DNA of 63,940 bases, filler included, from Cladosporium halotolerans (GCF_011745625.1; 6 parts of 6 records of this genome joined end to end with filler, not necessarily neighbours in it); one strand, 5' to 3'. Shown: positions 1-11,991, counted from the whole stretch's first letter. Made by a program: numbers and translations. Notes: generated from the letters alone by a model not told the origin.

Positions 1-1053
1 CCGAGCAGTTGCAACAGCGCTGTACGCTTTCGACGGCGTAGTAGGTTGATGAGTCTGGAAGTGCCGACGGCGGCGATTATCGAGATCTTGTAGGTGGCGC
101 GAGAGTTGATAATAATCTTCGGAGGGTGGGGGATTGTGGAGCATCATCTCGCTCAGTTCGTTCGAGACGGATTGTTCGAGTAAGTGGTACAGGTTTCCTT
201 CAGGCACTTGTCCTTCCAATGCAAGGCGTTGGAACTCTGCGAAGTAAGCACTAAATTCCTGGTTCTTTTGTCAGAGCGAATACAGTTTGTTTCTTGCTTG
301 ACGGGGAAGATCATTGTCACCGAACGCGCGGTTCAACATATCCAGGATTTCCTCGTAGTCGCTCAGACTGTAATCACCTCGACTCGCGTAAGGCAGAACT
401 AAATCGAAGGCGCGGCCCTCAAGACGGCTTGCCACATAGCGCATACGGGATTGAGCATCGACAAAATGATCGGCGTTCGACTTCATCTTACTGAAGACTT
501 GCTCCACGAAGCGGCGGAGGTCCGCACGAGTTCCGTTGAACTTCTCGGGGTCAGGGTGCTTCGTGGATCGGCTACCAAGTGGGGAAGATGTGGAAGTAGG
601 AGACGTAGACGCTCGTTGCGCATGAGCTGTAGGTTTCTCAGCAATAGGTTCCGGGAGTGGCGTCGTGTTCGGGGTAGTTACAGTCGTGGCAGTGGCAACC
701 AGGGCACGGGTCTTTTCAGCCTCAGTCTCAAGCAATTTAGTCTGAAGTCGGTCGTAAGCTCGCTCGAAAGTCTCTCTTTGGTGCTCTATCTTTAGCTCTC
801 CTTGTGCGACCTCTTTCTCTTTCTGCGCGAAGGCCAGGTGTATTTCAGAGAGCTGAGATTCGTAGTCACGGTTTCGGTTGGTCAGCAGCGAAATCTCGGC
901 GTCGTAGCGGTCGAACAATTCGAAGGCGCGTGTGTAATACTCGAGCCATTCCGCCGGGTGTTCGAGGACGTGTTTCTCGAACTGTTCCTGAGTTTCCGGT
1001 AGGACCGGAGGTTGCGGGCGGTCGGCTACCACACCTAAGATGGAGCTACGTAA
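1..1053 (-). pseudogene. Ty3/Gypsy gag (retrotransposon gag domain) with one in-frame stop; runs off the window start
   Basis: HPDPEKFNG...RYVASRLEGRA gag motifs. TGA at 271-273 interrupts LYSL*QKNQEFSAYFAEFQRLA (likely CGA in the gag LRQ motif), and the frame stays open to position 1. Confidence 0.8.
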
Positions 1054-1288
1054 TGTCACGGGCGCGAGGCAGTGTGTGCAGTACGTAGGTATAGTTGCCA
1101 ATCAGATCGGATACAGAGCTATGTACGGTCTCGGTCGCAACCCGGTGGATGCTTGGATGACGAGGACGTAGCTCGAAGAGCTACAAACACATGGGAAAGG
1201 AGAAGCGCATGTAAAGCCGGAGCCCGGCTTACCTGCCTTCTCAAGCATTATGAGCAATGTCACTGGATCCGGGATTCCGACCGTGACA
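1054..1288 (-). mobile_element. 5' LTR of the Gypsy element (235 bp)
   Basis: Bounded by the 8-bp inverted repeat TGTCACGG (1054-1061) / CCGTGACA (1281-1288), directly upstream of gag. The second LTR is not in the window. Confidence 0.65.
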
Positions 1289-1699
1289 GATTACAATCGA
1301 GCCGATTGAGGAAATGGTCTCAGTTCAGCCCAAGTCAAGGAATGGGCGTACCATCAGGAAACCGGCTCGCTTTGATGAATATTGAGTGAATGAATCTTAA
1401 ATTGAGTTCTTTGGCTTCCAATTGATTGATGTTCAGCTCATTTGATCATGATTCGGTAGAGAGACCGCTTGTTGAAATGGTGTTGTGTATGGACGCGGGG
1501 GTTTGCCCGACGGCTGGATGTGCCCCACGATTGGAAAGCTTCTAACGTTGTTCACTAGTTCTAATCTATAAAACCACCAGACCCCTCATAAAACTGCACC
1601 AATATTCTCAATTCACTGCACTGCCATTGCACCACCCCCCATGACTGCACTGCACCAAAATTGGCATTGCTGTCCTAAACCACCTCAAGCACCGCAAGC

Positions 1700-1827
1700 A
1701 CCACAAGCAGTCCCAAGCAAGCAAGCATTTTATCTGTTCACTTCGAGCAAACAAGCATCGGCCGTAAAATCCACTTACAAACAAGCACGAGGCCTTGCTT
1801 GTGCTTGTTTGTTTGCTGACCACCCTG
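1700..1827 (-). mobile_element. hAT-like terminus relic
   Basis: Minus strand from 1827 reads CAGGGTGGTCAGCAAACAAACA, 18/22 identical to the CAGGGTGTTCATCAGACAGACA end at 47699. It also has CAAGC/CAAAC subterminal repeats and a 12-bp IR at 1777-1788/1801-1812. Confidence 0.5.
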
Positions 1828-1969
1828 GAGCCTGCATGGTGGCCGAATGGACACGCAGTCCCAGAGTTGCGTTTAGCTATCCCCAACTGCAGCAGACTCT
1901 TCAACATCGCGTTGCTCGCACCTTTTGCACGAGTCAGAATGCAGCATTTACCGCTTTCGAGACAACCAC

Positions 1970-3171
1970 TTACTTGTTCAGGCCGCGGACCCAGAGCTTC
2001 GCCAGGTCCCCGACAGGTAAATAGAATGGGAACCCCATAGCTTCAAAAAGCTGAACAATGAGCAGGTAGAAGCCGAGTAGACTAGCGACAAAAAGCGAAG
2101 CCCCAGCACCCTTTATTAATTGAGTTAGGTCTTATCGTTGTAGATTTTTCAGCTCAAAACTTTGGGGGGAACACTTACTATCACACATCGATTACCGACC
2201 GAGGCGTCCCCAAGACCCAGTCGCCAGTACGCGGACGACAACAATAGGAAAACCAAGAGCAGCGACAGAAATATTAGCGTATATATAACGTTGGTGCGTG
2301 TCGCGCAGATCATGAAGATTAACATCAGGACGGCCATGGTTATGAATAGAAACGCTAGCGTTGTCGGTTAGAAATATCGACCTGGTTCGCATAGGGATAA
2401 TGTCCACTTGCCATAGGTGTTCATGAAGCCAGTACTCAAAAGTCCGGCGGCTGTATTGGTGCCGGACGGGGAATAGGGAGCTTTGGGTGTGTGAGAACAT
2501 TCTCCGATTTGGAAGGAAGAGGGTGCAGGAACAGACCGGCTGCGTTGAAGGCGGGAATCATTGTGGCCGCAAAGGCGAACCAGAATCCACCTGTCGCGAG
2601 TTAGAAGATACGAGAACAAGGCATGGAGGTGTCCGTCAAAATGCTGATGAACTTACCGATGGTACCGAATACAACGCAGGGGAAAGTGTTGCCGAGTACG
2701 AACTCAAGGATACTCGTGACAAGCAACAAAAGGCCACCAAGGAAGATGATAGGCCCGCTATCCTCGTTACTCAGATCCGAAATCTAGCGTTGTGGCAGTT
2801 GGGGTATCCCTTACGTGAATGCAATCCCATTCCCACTAGCTCCTCTCCAGGCCATCAAGCTACATGAAAGGGGAGTCGTGGTAAGAACGAAGCCTCCTAG
2901 GGCTCTAGGATTGGGCCATACAATTAACCGGAGCTCTCCGAGGCCCAAGGTCCGAAAGTGAGGATATTGCAAGGACTTACAAAGGTGTCGGATTTCCCAT
3001 TTGCTTGGCCAGTGCTGGCTGGCGGCGCATCATCGGAGTCAGGTATAGCTTCTCGAATTGCTCCGCCGTCAGTGTTAACGATGTAGGGACTCTAGATAGT
3101 CCATACATCGAGCTCTCATTGTTGTGTGGAGGAGCCTTTGTCTCGCCATTATGACTGATGTCGTTGTCCAT
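1970..3171 (-). CDS. GPR1/FUN34/YaaH (Ady2/AcpA/AlcS-like) acetate transporter family protein, multi-exon
   Basis: Spliced product MDNDIS...[19 protein letters not shown]...[18 protein letters not shown]...[14 protein letters not shown] introns (e.g. 2905-2980); TAA at 1970-1972. Confidence 0.9.
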
Positions 3172-4546
3172 TTTATCGTCCTCGAGCTGGTCTTGGGTGA
3201 TGAAATAATGTATGGGTATATAGCAGGACACCGATGAATAGAATGAGTGTGCTTGTGAAAGAGCCTCAGGATTGTCAACAGGGCAATTGGGCGCTTTTTA
3301 TTGCCAGCGTCAACTAATCCACTCTAGGCTAAGGGACATTCCCATAGGGCGTCTGATTGGATGCGGCAGAAAGGAAGGAGGGACTACAACTCTGACGCAA
3401 TAATAAGGGCCCTAGTCCTCTCGGCGGAGTGGTGTAGGAGTAGATGCATACTAGCTACGCTGGGGTCTGCCCTAGGTGAGATCGGACTTCGCCTAAAAGC
3501 TTCAACTGACGTGTCCGCCTAGCCGGGCAGAGGGAGGTTTGCAGATCAAGAGGATGCCCTATTCTTTTCTTGAAGAAGACGAAAAAGTTGTTCCTCATCT
3601 CCGAGCCAATAACTAGCAATATCCACAAAAGAAGATCAAGGTGGGGTTTTAATTTGCGGGGAAGCTTAGCGACTAAATGTCACGAGCGGGGGTCGGTTGT
3701 ATCGGTGCGTAGGTATGGTTTCCAATTAGATTAGATACAGAATGGTGAGATGGCAACCTCAAGATTCCTCAGGAGGCTGCACGTAATGGAGACCCATCTG
3801 CGAAATGCCAAATTCCAAGCCCAACACGTTCGTTGCTGCGATTGCCCGGTCTGACTGCCGGGTTATTCGCCGCAATATACTATCCTCTACAGCCCTGTCG
3901 TCCACCGTCCGACAATTCACGCTGCAATCTACTACTTCTGGCAGGCTTAGTGCCTGGACTCCCATCCGCTCCAACAACAAACGAGGATCTGCCCCTTGCT
4001 TCAGGTAGTGTACAAAATTTTGGACCACCGATGGGCGAACATAATTATGTTGCTGCCTGTGCAGCATTGTCTATAAAGACACAAGTCATTACCTACATAG
4101 AACGGCAGGTAGCCTTACAATGACAACGCGTCTACTTCGTCTGTTCCAACAACCCTTCTGCTGCTCTGGGAGGCGGTCAGGAGAGTCAAGCGACCTCAAA
4201 CAGCTTCGCGCAGTCTGTCCGTAAGATGCCATCATCCCCGCCGAGGGCCGTTCACAGCGCGCGCCTCTCTTGGGCGCGCCAAGCCTTCTCTTCTCGCTCG
4301 AGTGGAGACAACGAGATACATCGTGGTGGAGAGAGCAGCGCAGATTGCTGCAGCAATGCCGGTGGGCCGTGCCATGAAGGTGGATGGGTCCTTGACGTTA
4401 CTACCTACTTAACCCCCATTGCCCTCCGCGTAGGAGGCCTTCTTTCCTCCCCCCTCCTCAGCGAAAACACACTTGCTGTGTACTCACTCCCCCCACTTGC
4501 TTTTTTCGAGATAACCCCAGTTCACAAACACACCGAAAGCCTCATC
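3172..4546. promoter_or_regulatory. Divergent intergenic promoter with several CreA-type SYGGRG sites and two TGCGG motifs
   Basis: GCGGAG 3424, CTGGGG 3460, GTGGGG 3641, GCGGGG 3656 and 3686, CCCCGC 4236, GTGGAG 4302; TGCGG 3362 and 3655. These motifs are short, so function is inferred only. Confidence 0.35.
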
Positions 4547-6225
4547 ATGCCTCTCTCCGTCCAGCTCGAGACGCCGCACTCCGGCAAGTACGAGCAGCCT
4601 ACTGGCCTGTAAGTTGATTGAATATGCACCATTGTCTACGCCACGACAATGGCCACTCACACTCACCCGCAGTTTCATCAACAACGAGTTCGTGAAAGGC
4701 GCAGAAGGCAAGACCTTCGAGGTCATCAACCCCTCCACCGAGGAGGTCATCACCTCCGTGCACGAGGCGACCGAGAAAGATATCGACATTGCCGTGGCCG
4801 CGGCTCGCAAGGCCTTCGAGGGCCCGTGGCGGAAAGAGACGCCTGAGAATCGCGGCAAGCTGATCGTCAAGCTCGCCAACCTGTTCGAGGAGAACCTGGA
4901 CCTGCTCGCGGCCGTCGAGTCGCTGGACAATGGCAAGGCCATCAACATGGCCAAGGTCGACATCAGCATGTGCGTTGGCTGCCTGAGGTACTACGGCGGC
5001 TGGGCCGACAAGATCGAGGGCCGTGTCATTGACACTAACCCGGACACTTTCAACTACGCCAAGAAGGAGCCCATTGGTGGTACGTATCCGTCATGCCAGA
5101 AGCTGGCACAGAAGGTTTGCTAATGTGTTTTACCAACAGTTTGCGCTCAGATCATCCCCTGGAACTTCCCCCTTCTCATGTGGGCATGGAAGATTGGCCC
5201 GGCCATTGCTTGCGGTAACACTGTCGTCCTGAAAACTGCTGAGCAGACTCCTCTTGGTGGCCTCGTTGCCGCCAAGCTCATCAAGGAGGCTGGCTTCCCG
5301 CCCGGTGTCGTCAACATCATCTCTGGTTTCGGTAAGATCGCCGGTGCTGCCCTCTCCTCCCACATGGACATCGACAAGGTCGCCTTCACTGGCTCCACCG
5401 TCGTCGGTCGCCAGATCCTCAAGGCTGCTGCCTCCTCCAACCTCAAGAAGGTCACTCTCGAGCTCGGTGGCAAGTCCCCCAACATCGTCTTCGAGGACGC
5501 CGACATCGACAACGCCATCTCCTGGGTCAACTTTGGTATCTTCTTCAACCACGGCCAGTGCTGCTGCGCCGGCTCGCGTGTCTACGTGCAGGAGAGCATT
5601 TACGACAAGTTCGTGCAGAAGTTCAAGGAGCGCGCGGCCAAGAACGTCGTTGGCGACCCGTTCGCTGCGGACACCTTCCAGGGCCCGCAGGTTTCCAAGC
5701 TCCAGTTCGACCGCATCATGGAGTAAGCCCCCCACCCCCCAAACCAGTCAATCCACCACAAAGTCACTAACAATCTCTTCCAGGTACATCCAGGCCGGCA
5801 AGGACGCCGGTGCCACCGTCGAGACCGGTGGCAAGCGCAAGGGCGACAAGGGCTACTTCATCGAGCCCACCATCTTCTCCAACGTCACCGAGGACATGAA
5901 GATCGTGCAGGAGGAGATCTTCGGCCCGGTCTGCTCGATCGCTAAGTTCAAGACCAAGGAGGAGGCCATCAAGCTCGGCAACGACACCACCTACGGCCTC
6001 GCCGCCGCCGTGCACACCAAGAACCTCAACACCGCCATCGAGGTCTCGAGCGCGCTCCGCGCCGGCACCGTCTGGGTCAACACCTACAACACCCTTCACC
6101 ACCAGCTGCCCTTCGGCGGCTACAAGGAGTCCGGTATCGGCCGCGAGCTGGGCGAGGACGCTCTGGCTAACTACACTCAGACGAAGACTGTCAGCATCCG
6201 TCTCGGCGATGCTCTGTTTGGTTAA
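4547..6225 (+). CDS. aldA: NAD-dependent aldehyde dehydrogenase (AldA / Cla h 10-like); exons 4547-4608, 4673-5079, 5140-5722, 5784-6225
   Basis: [27 protein letters not shown], catalytic [31 protein letters not shown]. Three canonical introns keep the frame; strong C/G third-position bias. Confidence 0.97.
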
Positions 6226-6462
6226 ACTGGGGGTTTGTGTTTCTGGCCTTGAGATGTAATTACGTATGACGCTATGAGCAAAAATCGTGTATGGCTTCGA
6301 ACACATCGAATCACTCTTCCATCCGTTTTCATCCCGCCCGGTGCGGTGGTTGATAGGTACGTTTTATGTGGTTGCATACCGGGATATGCAAACATGCGCA
6401 TTGACGATGACTGCGTTGTTGTTCTTTATATAGGTAAAGACTGTCAACTAAGTTATAACTTA

Positions 6463-8423
6463 ATCGTGCCGGCCAAGGCTTCGCGCGGCCAGCTACCCCT
6501 CGTCTCGTCTCAGACTCGCGAGCGAGTGCCGCACAGCTCAATGCAAAACACAGCTCAATGCAAAAGTTGGTATAGCTACGCGTCTATTCCCTTTTCACAT
6601 ATACTATTCAAGCACCATGGCGTCTAAATACCACCAGGTCGAGGCGGAGATTGATGAAGCTATTAGTTTTCAGAGAGACCAAACGGAACCTGTTAAAATT
6701 ACCGATTTGGCCTCATTGTTTAACGTCCCCTACGACCGCCTACGTAGGCGGCTCCAAGGCAATGACTCAAGAACCACGCGCGCTCCTACAAACAGGAGAC
6801 TGGACAAGGAGCAGGAGGCTGCGCTAGTCACCTATCTGGAGCGTTGTGAGGCCCTAGGAGTCCATGCACGGCCGCGCGCATTAACTATCTCTGCCGAGTC
6901 AATCCTCCGGCGTGCGTATACAGATATATCACCGCCACCAACATTCAGCCATTCATGGACCCTACGCTTCTTAGAACGCCACCCAACGTGGAAGAAACGT
7001 AAACAGGCGCCCCTAGAGGCAGTTCGAGCAGCTGCCTAAGACCTATCCGATGTTGAGGGCTGGTTTGAGAAGCTGCACGCAGTCATTCAAAAGCATGGCA
7101 TTACACCTGAGAATATATGGAACATGGATGAGACAGGCTTCCGAATTGGCACCAGCAAGAGCCAGTATGTGCTTACTGAGCAGCCTGAGAAGTCCCACTT
7201 CCTACCAATTGCGAATAACCGTGAGAGCCTCACGGTGGTGGAGGCAGTCTCAGCTGGTGGTAACGTTATCGCTATACCAGCTATGCTTGTCATCGCCGCA
7301 AAACAGCACCAATCGAGCTGGTTTCAGAACCTACACGATACGACATTAGTAGGAGTCGCTGATAATGGCTACATGAACGACGAGTTAATGGTTAGATGGA
7401 TTGCGCACTTTGAGAAGCATTCTCAGCGCTCTCAAAGAGGTGCCTGGCGGCTACTTCTACTCGACGGCTACGGCTCCCACCACACCTACGAGTTCATTAA
7501 GTACTGTGATGAACATAAGATCATCCCCTTCGGACTGCCATCGCATTCAACACACTTCCTACAACCCCTAGATGTCGTGGTATTTCAGCCCTACAAACAC
7601 TACCACTCTGAAGCTGTTAACCGAGCTGCGCGGCTTGGTTGTAGTGATTACAACAAGCTTGAGTTTTTTAATGACTTTGAATACTTCAGGCGACAGGCCC
7701 TGTCCCCTGGCACTATCAGAGCAGCTTTTGAAAAGACAGGGATATGGCCAATCAATGCAGCTATCGTGGTGGACTTCGTGCGCGCTCGAATCGAAGCAAT
7801 CCGCCGAGCTCCTGCTCGAACGCCTACACCACCACCGACCTACGATATCACGACTCCGCGTACAGTGCGTACGCTTAAGCGTCACTCAGGTACTATCTTA
7901 AATGATAATCTACTTCATCCAGCTCTCAAAACTCGGCTCTTACCACTCCTTCGTGGTGCCCAAATTCAGGCTATTGCTGGGGCTGAGGCAGTCGAAGAAT
8001 TAAAGGATTCAACTGTTGTAGCAGCTGCATCTCGAGCTCGTGGACTACAAAAGAGGTCTAGCCTTCAACGTGGCGGTGTCCTTACGACTGCAAATGCGCG
8101 CCGCATGGTTCAAAATCGCGAAGATGATGAGATTGAGAAGGCCAAAAAGATCATTGAACGAGCAGATCAGGCTGCTTTTAAACAGCGTACGGCCACCATG
8201 CTCAAAGCTATTCAGCCAGGTGGATCCCTACCTATGTGGAAGAAATATCGCGCAAAGGTTATACCAATCTGGTGCCAGGTGATGGATGAATTAGTAGATA
8301 CAACACGTAGTAATGTATAGCTTTGCATTGAGCTGTGTTTTGCATTGAGCTGTGCGGCACTCGCTCGCGAGTCTGAGACGAGACGAGGGGTAGCTGGCCG
8401 CGCGAAGCCTTGGCCGGCACGAT
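6463..8423 (+). mobile_element. pogo/Fot1 (Tc1-mariner) DNA transposon with 102-bp perfect TIRs and TA TSD
   Basis: TIRs 6463-6564 and 8322-8423 (ATCGTGCCGGCCAAGG..., internal CACAGCTCAATGCAAA twice); TA at 6461-6462 and 8424-8425. Confidence 0.95.
6617..8320 (+). pseudogene. pogo transposase (HTH + CENP-B HTH + DDE_1) with a single in-frame TAA at 7037-7039
   Basis: ORFs 6617-7039 and 7124-8320 share a frame (AAA*DLSDVEGWF...NMDETGF); LDGYGSH and QPLDVVVF motifs present. Confidence 0.9.
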
Positions 8424-9329
8424 TATATGAGACAGCCATTAAGTTAACATATCTCGTGCCAATAAAACACCATCCGCTCGTCCGAAGATCGGGCATGCGA
8501 ATCACGGCGGCTTTCAAGATGTCGATGCATGGATCGCATCCTTCGTGGAGAAAAGCCACCATGTCATCCGTTCGGCCGCCGGGTGATCGCTGGCGAAAAA
8601 TACTGCTTCAAGCATCACACGCGTCCAGATGCAGGAGGATACGGCGGGAACATGCTTCAGCGGGTGAATGGATTCAGCTCGAGATGCAGACGCGGAAATC
8701 GCTCGCCCCACATCATTGAGCCCCAAGGAGCTGTGGGTTTCCAGAACAGCGCTTAACCGAAGCAAATCAGGTCTCCTCTTCAGAAAACGGCACATTTGTG
8801 CCAAAGCTCCGGTGGGCTCCAAGATTGCCGTTCTAAACCCGCGAATATGAACAGAAATTTGTGTCAAGAACTTGGTACTGTGGTGGAGAGCCACTGTAAA
8901 AGAGCGCATGGAGATGCTCCACTTTCCCCGCTAGAGCTAGAACTATACCGGCGTGTTCTCCAGCGGGCCCGGAAAAAAGCACGGGTGCGAAAGCCTAGAG
9001 TACTGCACAGCACATTATACTTTAGCCAATCAGGCGGGCCTGCGAATGCGTCCTGATCGTCACCAGCTTCCCCCGGGTCGCCCGAATGTTGCCATATTTA
9101 CTAGGAAGCTGGAGCTCGTGCATGATCCTCGAGCTTACCCTCACGTCCAAGATGGCAAGATGGTTCCCTAGGGCCGGACATGTGAACGACATAAAGACGT
9201 CGGGCCCGCGTCAGATGGTTCCTCTGAAGTCTAACAAAAGTCTAACCAAATACCCAAGCTCTTTTCCTGCGCAGTTATCAAAAGATTCAAATAACACCAG
9301 ATCTACCTATGCCATCGAGAACATCAAAC

Positions 9330-10571
9330 ATGTCCCCAACCATTCCCGAGAAGCAGTGGGCCCAGGTCATCGAGAAGACCGGCGGTCCAGTCGAGTACAA
9401 GGAGATCCCGGTCCAGAAGCCAGGCCCAGATGAGGTCCTCGTCAATATCAAATACTCCGGTGTCTGCCACACTGACCTTCACGCCTTGAAAGGCGACTGG
9501 CCGCTCCCTACCAAACTTCCCCTTGTGGGTGGCCACGAGGGTGCTGGAGTCGTGGTGGCGAGGGGTGGCCTTGTCCAAGATATTGAAGTTGGCGACCACG
9601 CTGGTGTGAAGTGGATCAATGGCAGCTGCTTGGTCTGCGACTTTTGCCAACAGTCTGGTGAGGTTTTCCAGCTGAGCTGCTTTTGGTTTATGTATAAGGA
9701 AACACTTGAGAGGACCATTGGGCTGACTGAAGCTTAGATGAGCCCCTCTGCCCGAAAGCACTCCTCTCCGGCTACACCGTCGACGGTTCATTCCAGCAGT
9801 ATGCTATCGCAAAGGCTGCTCACGTCGCTCGCTTGGACAAGGACACCCCGCTCGACGCGGTTGCCCCAGTGCTCTGTGCCGGTATCACCGTCTACAAGGG
9901 CCTGAAGGAGTCTGGTGCCAGCCCTGGCCAGAGCGTCGCCATCGTCGGCGCTGGTGGTGGCCTTGGCTCCCTTGCTCAACAGTACGCGAAGGCCATGGGA
10001 CTCAGGGTCATTGCCATTGACACTGGCGATGAGAAGAAGAAGATGTGCCTTGAGCAGCTCGGCGCATCCGCATTTGTCGACTTTGCCACTAGTAAGAATG
10101 TTGTCAAGGAAGTCCAGGAGGCTACACAGGATGGATTAGGTCCGCATGCTGTGATTCTTGTCGCTGTTACTGAGAAGCCTTTCCAGCAGGCTGCAGAGGT
10201 GAGACCCCCCCACCCTCACCACGCAAAAGAGCCCCCACGGACGGCCGACCTACCCATTGCTCCCCATTCCTTGACAAACGAGCACTGACACAAAACAGTA
10301 CGTCCGCCCACGCGGAACCGTCGTTTGCATCGGTCTCCCCGCCGGCGCCTACCTGCGCGCTCCCGTCTTCGAGTCGGTCATCAAGATGGTCACCATCAAG
10401 GGCTCCTACGTCGGCAACCGCAGGGACACCACTGAGGCGCTCGGATTCTTCCGCCGCGGCCTGATCAAGGCTCCCTTCAAGGTCGTCGGGCTCTCCGAGC
10501 TCCAGAAGGTGTACGACTTGATGCACGAAGGCAAGATTGCGGGCCGCTATGTCTTGGACACGTCAAAGTAG
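9330..10571 (+). CDS. adh1: Zn-dependent alcohol dehydrogenase (AlcA/ADH1-like); exons 9330-9657, 9738-10198, 10299-10571
   Basis: [14 protein letters not shown], structural Zn CxxCxxC...[26 protein letters not shown]. Two GT-AG introns restore the frame. An alternative in-frame ATG lies at 9309. Confidence 0.96.
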
Positions 10572-11040
10572 ATGGATGATTGTTGGAAAAGAAACAAGTG
10601 TGTGAAGGGGTGAAGGTGCTATATTGGTGGATAGCTTGGTAACTAATGGTGTCCTTCTTACAATTCAGGGCCTTGTGTGGCCTCCGTATGAGTCGTCCCT
10701 GTCATTGCCTCCACTGTGCCATTATCGTTTCAGACGTATCTCATATCCTATGCGAAAGAACACCCATGCACCCTGGAAAATTCATACTTTGCGATCTCAT
10801 GCCTTTTCAGCTTCTACATGCCTGACATGAAAGCACCCGCCCTGTGGCTTCTCTGTGCTGCTCTGCTGAGCCTGCTTCAGGGGTAGGATCTCGCACCACC
10901 CGAGCGTATTCCCTCTGGCTAGTCGCTTGCCCTTCTCCCGCCAGCGCTAGAATAGGTGGACAAGCCCTAGCGCCCGCCGGCAAGAGCACCGTTATTACTG
11001 GCCGGGCACGCCGGCTGGTGCAGGCGATACTACGCCTGCG

Positions 11041-11532
11041 TCAGGTATGGTGTCTCGTATCACCCGAACTCATTGCCTCTCTGTGCTCTTGCCCCTTGTC
11101 ATGATTTCCCTTTTCTTCATCCCCTCTTATCTTGCTATGCTCCTGTGCCTTATCACCTACCTCCTCTTCTTCTCCTTCTCTTTCCCCCTCTATGTCTCTT
11201 CCCTCCTCTCCTTCTGCTTCCTCCTCTCCTTCTGCTTCCTTGTCCCTTTCCTCCTCATCCTCAATAACTTCTTCCCGATCTTCTCCACCTTCGTCTTCTC
11301 TGTGTTTCCTCTTATCCGCCTCCTTCGCCTGACCTTCTTCGTATTCTCTGTTCTGCCCATCGTCACACTGCTTCTCTATGTCATTCTCGGTCTCGTCATC
11401 CTCCACCGTGTTGTGCTCTTGTATGACGTGCTTCGCGGCGTTCTTCTTTTCCGTGCCCTCATCCTCCTCCACTTCCTCTTCCTCCTCCTCATCATGCTCA
11501 TGCTCCTCATCCTCCTCTTCTTCGTTATTCAA
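11041..11532 (-). other. Glu/Asp-rich low-complexity ORF fragment
   Basis: E/D-rich reading (EEEEDEEHEHDEEEEEEV...) with no ATG and no domain, ending next to the hAT-like end at 11563. Confidence 0.35.
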
Positions 11533-11562
11533 CCCAGTCCGCCTACGCTGCTCATCTCAAAG

Positions 11563-11991
11563 CAGTGAGCTTGTTGGTCTGGTCGTTATTGGTCTGGTCG
11601 GTCGACCAGTCGGTTTTGGTCTGGTTTGGTCTTGATTCGTTATTGGTCTGGTCTGGTTTGGTCCACAGTCTTTGGTCTTATTGGTCTGACCTAACTACAA
11701 CGGGAAATCAGCTGGAAACTACCCGATTGGACCGCTTGCGGTGTATACGCGTTGTTTTCGCGACCAGGAACGCGTTTCACGTGTCTTATCTACAGCACGT
11801 TCTCGTATCTACCCTTCTGCTCCACGATGCATGCTATTTGCAATTTTATGATGGATACGTTTTTCACAAATTTTGCGCAGGGCCAGAGCCCATCCCAACC
11901 CAAAGTCACACTCAGTCGTACCAATCCAGACTACAAGAAGGAGCTCGAACTTGACGAGTTCGTCTTCCATGGAGATAGATATCATCGATGT
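11563..11991 (+). mobile_element. hAT-like terminus with TTGGTC subterminal repeats, running into the contig end
   Basis: CAGTGAGCTTGTTGG at 11563 matches the hAT TIR CAGTGATGTTATTGG (55752) at 12/15, followed by dense TTGGTCT/TGGTC repeats at 11574-11690. Confidence 0.55.

Noticed and set aside
4484..6306. Long antisense and alternative-frame ORFs over the ALDH gene
   Set aside because: Shadow ORFs caused by strong C/G third-position bias; the spliced ALDH explains the region.
8426..9329. Short ORFs between the pogo element and ADH (possible alcR/alcM-like gene)
   Set aside because: No Zn2Cys6 or other recognisable motif; most simply the ADH promoter.
11047..11568. 173-aa highly hydrophobic plus-strand ORF resembling a membrane protein
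   Set aside because: It is the antisense of a GAA/GAG-rich acidic tract, a low-complexity artefact.
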